A stretch of 64,000 nt of DNA from Dudresnaya verticillata (Eukaryota), in contig OZ374557.1 in the NCBI GenBank assembly GCA_977862235.1, positions 3,658,001 to 3,722,000 on the forward strand, written 5' to 3'. A program made the position numbers and the translations under genes. Positions 59,217-64,000 of the stretch are shown piece by piece (position 1 is the first letter of the stretch; each line of letters opens with the position of its first letter). The notes below the pieces were generated by a model. That model had not been told where the DNA came from. It ran no database searches and saw only the letters and a program-made list of their open reading frames with translations.

Positions 59217-62200
59217 GCTTGAATACTTTGTGCTTGGATTGGAAGACGTAAGACGCTTGAATGAGAGAAAATTGGTAAATGTGGAGCAAGGACGAGCGTG
59301 TGTGTGTTGAGTACACTGTACTTGGGGGAAGCGTTGCGACGGAAGGCTTGCGGTGAAATTGTCAAGATGATGAGATATTGGTAGAAGGTCGTTGTGGTTG
59401 CTGTTAGGATTGTGTTTGTGAGGTTCGATGCCTCTTCTCCCCTTACCCTGGCGGGGCTTTTATAATGAAGTGCTGATCTATATCGCACGCGGGTTTGTTT
59501 ACCAACTGTCGTAGTCGTTGTTGGAGCCCTGTTGGATTGCCGCTGCTTGGATTGTAGAAGGAAGACATAGAAGCGTCGGAACGAGACTGTTTCAGATACC
59601 TTGCTCGCTAGAATAGGGGGCTCGGTTGTTCGTTGCTATTCCGATGACGTAAAGATTAGTGCCAGTACCGTGGCGGTGATAATGATGATTCTTCTTCTCG
59701 GACACACGAGGGCGGGAGAATCGCATTGAGCAACAAGCCCTGGTCGGGGTCCGCTCTCTTCGAAGCACTCACATATAGCAAACGTGTATTTCGGCGGCAA
59801 TGCTTGGGCTTGCGGTTCTGAGAGCCACTTATTGCGCAAGGCTCAGCGAGCGGTGGCTTAGAGGGCTCGCTGCAGCCTGTCGACCCAGGGCACATACATA
59901 TATAATATATATCAGAATGTTTGTAGTAGACCACCTTTGGAACAGTGGATGATGCAGTATTGTAGGTAGGGAAGTGTGTGGGAACGCGTCTGTGTCTCAA
60001 TAATGAGATTTTGTTCAGCTTCACTGTCCGGCGTCCAGGGCGATACGTGACATTCAATGCGGTCGCAGTCACGTCCTACTTTCTTGTGGGCGTGGCTTCT
60101 CTTGAGAAGACCAGCCTGTTTCAATTCTTTTTGAGTCAACCAGAAAGGCCGAAGTTGTGATCACGTTTCCTGGCTGTAAACTTGACAGAGTCTCACATCT
60201 TCTCTATGGTCGCGTGACCTTGAGAGTCAAGCTCGGGTCCGACAGGCTCCATACAGTTGCATGCGCACAAAATAACATGCGGCGCAGCTTTCGCAGAATA
60301 CATAGCAGAAGCGGCAGAATGCGAAAAAGAGATTGTCCCCATTAAGTCCTTTGCTCGAGCTCGAGTTTCCCACGAGAGGTTTTTCAGATCAACTTCTCGG
60401 CACGAAACAAATTCTATTGGTGGGCCGTCCGGTGGGACGGTCAGGCCAACCAACTGGAATTAAGATACGATGGGCGCCCGGTGGGCGCCCAGGCGGATGG
60501 CAGATTAACCTCAGCCTTTAGATGCGATATGTGTAAAAAAAAGGGAGAGACGCAACAGGAAGAGGTAGACCCTTGAAAGAGAAAGGTGTTCAAACCAGAC
60601 CAGAACCTCTGCAGCAGTTGCAGTAGTTGACCTCACCAGGCGTGACCAGGCTTGCCAGCAATGAGCAACCGAGGAGCGATTACTGGACAATTGCCTTTAA
60701 AAGGAAACGTTAATCAGACTAAAGTGACAAACCAGCAGCTCGCAACGCACAGAAATAATACCTGTCTGACTGGGCGCCTATCCTACCTTGCCTGGTTTTT
60801 ATTCTGGTCCTTCCGTAGGGCGCGTGGTCACGTCGGCCCTCGAGAGGACCCTCAAGCGGAATCGCAAAAATGACGTAGACAAAAAGGTCAATGGACTCGC
60901 ACTCTTTGTGAGCAATGGATGTGTTTCTGTTTCCGCTAACACCGAAGGGGCTCACTCGAGCCTGAACCCCCTCCGTAGCGTGAGGCCCTGCTGGCAACGC
61001 CCATAGTAATAGTATATCTGGGAATGGAGGGAGGGTGTCCATAGAGGGCGGTGTTTTCACTCTTCATGACTTCATGAACAGTCTTCCCCAAGATCAAATA
61101 TCGTCAGTGCTGGGTGTTGTGAGAGTCTAGGCTTCGGCTCCGGTTCTACTGTGAATCTGTGAATCTATCTATTCACAACACCTAGAGCGGACTCAGAATA
61201 GCATTATTTCAAAATACCAGAGTGAGAATGTCACTATCTTTAACGGTAAGAGAAACATCTCACTCTCTTCAAGCATCTGGTTTTAGAGTAGTGTCGCCCA
61301 GCACGCGCTAAGCCGCATTGCTAGACTCCAATATCTGCCAATCTGCAAAGTTGTTGGCAAAGCCAACACGTACCATACAGAACAGGAAATCTATTGAGGG
61401 ACGAGACGCCATGAGCGTACTTGTTGACATCAGCACCCTCAGGCATGCATGAGATGCGCTACGTAGGGCTAATCGATGCTGATGGAGCAAGGGGAATTCA
61501 AACGAGTGCTTCACAGAACGGCCTCCCTTTCGATGGACTATGTAATGCCGCGAACAATCCCCCTACAGCTTGTGGTTCGCATATGCTGCTGATAACTGCA
61601 AATACGTGCAAGTGTTTGTGCTGAAATCGTTCGACGCCCAGTGCCGTTGTCGGGTTCTGCCGCACCTTTTGAAACCGCAATTGTGCAAAGTGGCAACAGT
61701 GTCGCAAAAAGGCATTTTCGAGAGTCAAAGGGGAAATGCCGAGCACAATATGCTCGACTCTGATTAACTCTGTTCCCAATTGCGGGCTGACGTTCAGGTG
61801 GTCTAGGTCCGAACAATGAACTAGTCCGTATCATTGCTCTGTGCTGTTGCGTGGCAGTGGGCTTCGAAATAGGTTGGTAGCCGCCTTTTGATGATAAGCT
61901 CCAAGGCTCTGTGCCAGCGGTTCTATACCTGTCCTACAAGTCTTCTGCTCAACTTAGAGCAGCTCAAGGAATCAATCGCGATAAACAAAAATAACTATCG
62001 GGCGATTACGAGGTTTGCCATTCTCCATTCTTCATGCCTCTTTTGCATGCGGTATGCCGGATTTCTTGCTCCTTGAGGTCCTAAGCCGAGTGAGTCGCAG
62101 CAGTTCACGCCCCGGATAACAACTCAAAGAGTGTTTCCTTTAGACATTAGACCGGCTTGAGACTGCTTCTGTTTCGACAGCTGCGGACGATGAGCAAACT

Positions 62201-62490
62201 CGCTATGCAAGGCGGTTATCGATTTCCGCCTTGCCCCCTTATCAGCCATCTCAACAGTCATACAATTCGGCGTTTATTAATCATTGCCTTCAGTTATAGT
62301 CAACAAAGCGTAAGTGGATATTTAACAGTTAGGCCCCAGAATGATTGTGTACTTAAACCATATATCCGCACCGAAACTTGTCGACTCCATCGATCATCAT
62401 GAAAACGAGTAGACGGGATGCCGTACATGCGCGAAAAACAGATTACGAGTATCGTGTTCAAGCTCGCGCCTCCTGCGGACATTGACGCAG

Positions 62491-62838
62491 TTAGCATAGA
62501 AATTGGAATGCGCGAGAGACTCCTTCGCAAGCCCAGAATAAAATGCCGTGCCCGGTTTGCTCCACTATAGCCGTGTTGCCCTCCTTCCACAGTGTTTTAG
62601 CTCCTTTCTTTGCCTTCTCCTTGTCCTTATTGACGGCTCCATTCACAAATCGTTTGGCAGCCAGACCAACTTTAGCTGCAATCCAGCCTTCGCCTGCAGT
62701 GACCGTACCGGTACCCAAAGCGGCAGTGAATGATGACCATGACGCAAATGCAGATATACCACCATCCAGTGGTGCTAGGACGAGACTGACAAGGGACGCT
62801 GCAGCCAGTCCAGCGATATATCCCCAACGTTTACCCAT
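62491..62838 (-). CDS. Orphan 115-aa protein, copy 4
   Basis: Identical translation to copy 1. Confidence 0.6.
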   Translation of the reverse strand: MGKRWGYIAGLAAASLVSLVLAPLDGGISAFASWSSFTAALGTGTVTAGEGWIAAKVGLAAKRFVNGAVNKDKEKAKKGAKTLWKEGNTAIVEQTGHGILFWACEGVSRAFQFLC

Positions 62839-64000
62839 GCTTGAATACTTTGTGCTTGGATTGGAAGACGTAAGACGCTTGAATGAGAGAAAATTGGTAA
62901 ATGTGGAGCAAGGACGAGCGTGTGTGTGTTGAGTACACTGTACTTGGGGGAAGCGTTGCGACGGAAGGCTTGCGGTGAAATTGTCAAGATGATGAGATAT
63001 TGGTAGAAGGTCGTTGTGGTTGCTGTTAGGATTGTGTTTGTGAGGTTCGATGCCTCTTCTCCCCTTACCCTGGCGGGGCTTTTATAATGAAGTGCTGATC
63101 TATATCGCACGCGGGTTTGTTTACCAACTGTCGTAGTCGTTGTTGGAGCCCTGTTGGATTGCCGCTGCTTGGATTGTAGAAGGAAGACATAGAAGCGTCG
63201 GAACGAGACTGTTTCAGATACCTTGCTCGCTAGAATAGGGGGCTCGGTTGTTCGTTGCTATTCCGATGACGTAAAGATTAGTGCCAGTACCGTGGCGGTG
63301 ATAATGATGATTCTTCTTCTCGGACACACGAGGGCGGGAGAATCGCATTGAGCAACAAGCCCTGGTCGGGGTCCGCTCTCTTCGAAGCACTCACATATAG
63401 CAAACGTGTATTTCGGCGGCAATGCTTGGGCTTGCGGTTCTGAGAGCCACTTATTGCGCAAGGCTCAGCGAGCGGTGGCTTAGAGGGCTCGCTGCAGCCT
63501 GTCGACCCAGGGCACATACATATATAATATATATCAGAATGTTTGTAGTAGACCACCTTTGGAACAGTGGATGATGCAGTATTGTAGGTAGGGAAGTGTG
63601 TGGGAACGCGTCTGTGTCTCAATAATGAGATTTTGTTCAGCTTCACTGTCCGGCGTCCAGGGCGATACGTGACATTCAATGCGGTCGCAGTCACGTCCTA
63701 CTTTCTTGTGGGCGTGGCTTCTCTTGAGAAGACCAGCCTGTTTCAATTCTTTTTGAGTCAACCAGAAAGGCCGAAGTTGTGATCACGTTTCCTGGCTGTA
63801 AACTTGACAGAGTCTCACATCTTCTCTATGGTCGCGTGACCTTGAGAGTCAAGCTCGGGTCCGACAGGCTCCATACAGTTGCATGCGCACAAAATAACAT
63901 GCGGCGCAGCTTTCGCAGAATACATAGCAGAAGCGGCAGAATGCGAAAAAGAGATTGTCCCCATTAAGTCCTTTGCTCGAGCTCGAGTTTCCCACGAGAG

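Larger units (their letters stand above)
50300..64000. repeat. Tandem array of a 3622-bp unit; copies start 50300, 53923, 57545, 61167 (last partial)
   Basis: The whole ORF set recurs with exact period 3622; near-identical sequence. Confidence 0.99.

Noticed and set aside
50300..64000. rDNA/5S/snRNA array or Helitron concatemer
   Set aside because: No recognisable rRNA or snRNA motifs; the unit does not end in hairpin+CTRR and has no RepHel ORF

Overview
Eukaryotic nuclear DNA with three zones; the intron-poor compact genes beside a Gypsy nest suggest a red alga (inference, not proven). (1) 1-30.7 kb is a nest of chromodomain-type Ty3/Gypsy LTR retrotransposons. Element A (+) is truncated. 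Element B (-) has its 5' LTR at 13782-14453 and has lost its 3' LTR. Element C (-, 15661-29883) is complete, with 643-bp LTRs and TSD GATGG, and carries a solo LTR (TSD AGAAT) in gag. The nest also holds LTR fragments, a PIF/Harbinger transposase remnant and a TA-flanked MITE. B and C share an 18-nt tRNA-Tyr-like PBS and have -1 gag-pol slippery sites. Each carries a long ANTISENSE extra ORF downstream of integrase. A and B are strongly enriched for the palindrome CCGTNACGG, which suggests a transposon-encoded factor plus its target motif (hypothesis). (2) 31-49.5 kb is a gene island: a possible glycosyltransferase relic, an MBL-fold hydrolase, a 3-exon calmodulin, a type II sulfotransferase, MAPEG, an ER FKBP, TAF9 and signal peptide peptidase. 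(3) 50.3-64 kb is a near-perfect 3622-bp tandem array (at least 3.8 copies). Each unit carries a TATA-preceded orphan 115-aa ORF with a hydrophobic hairpin and a Lys-rich segment.
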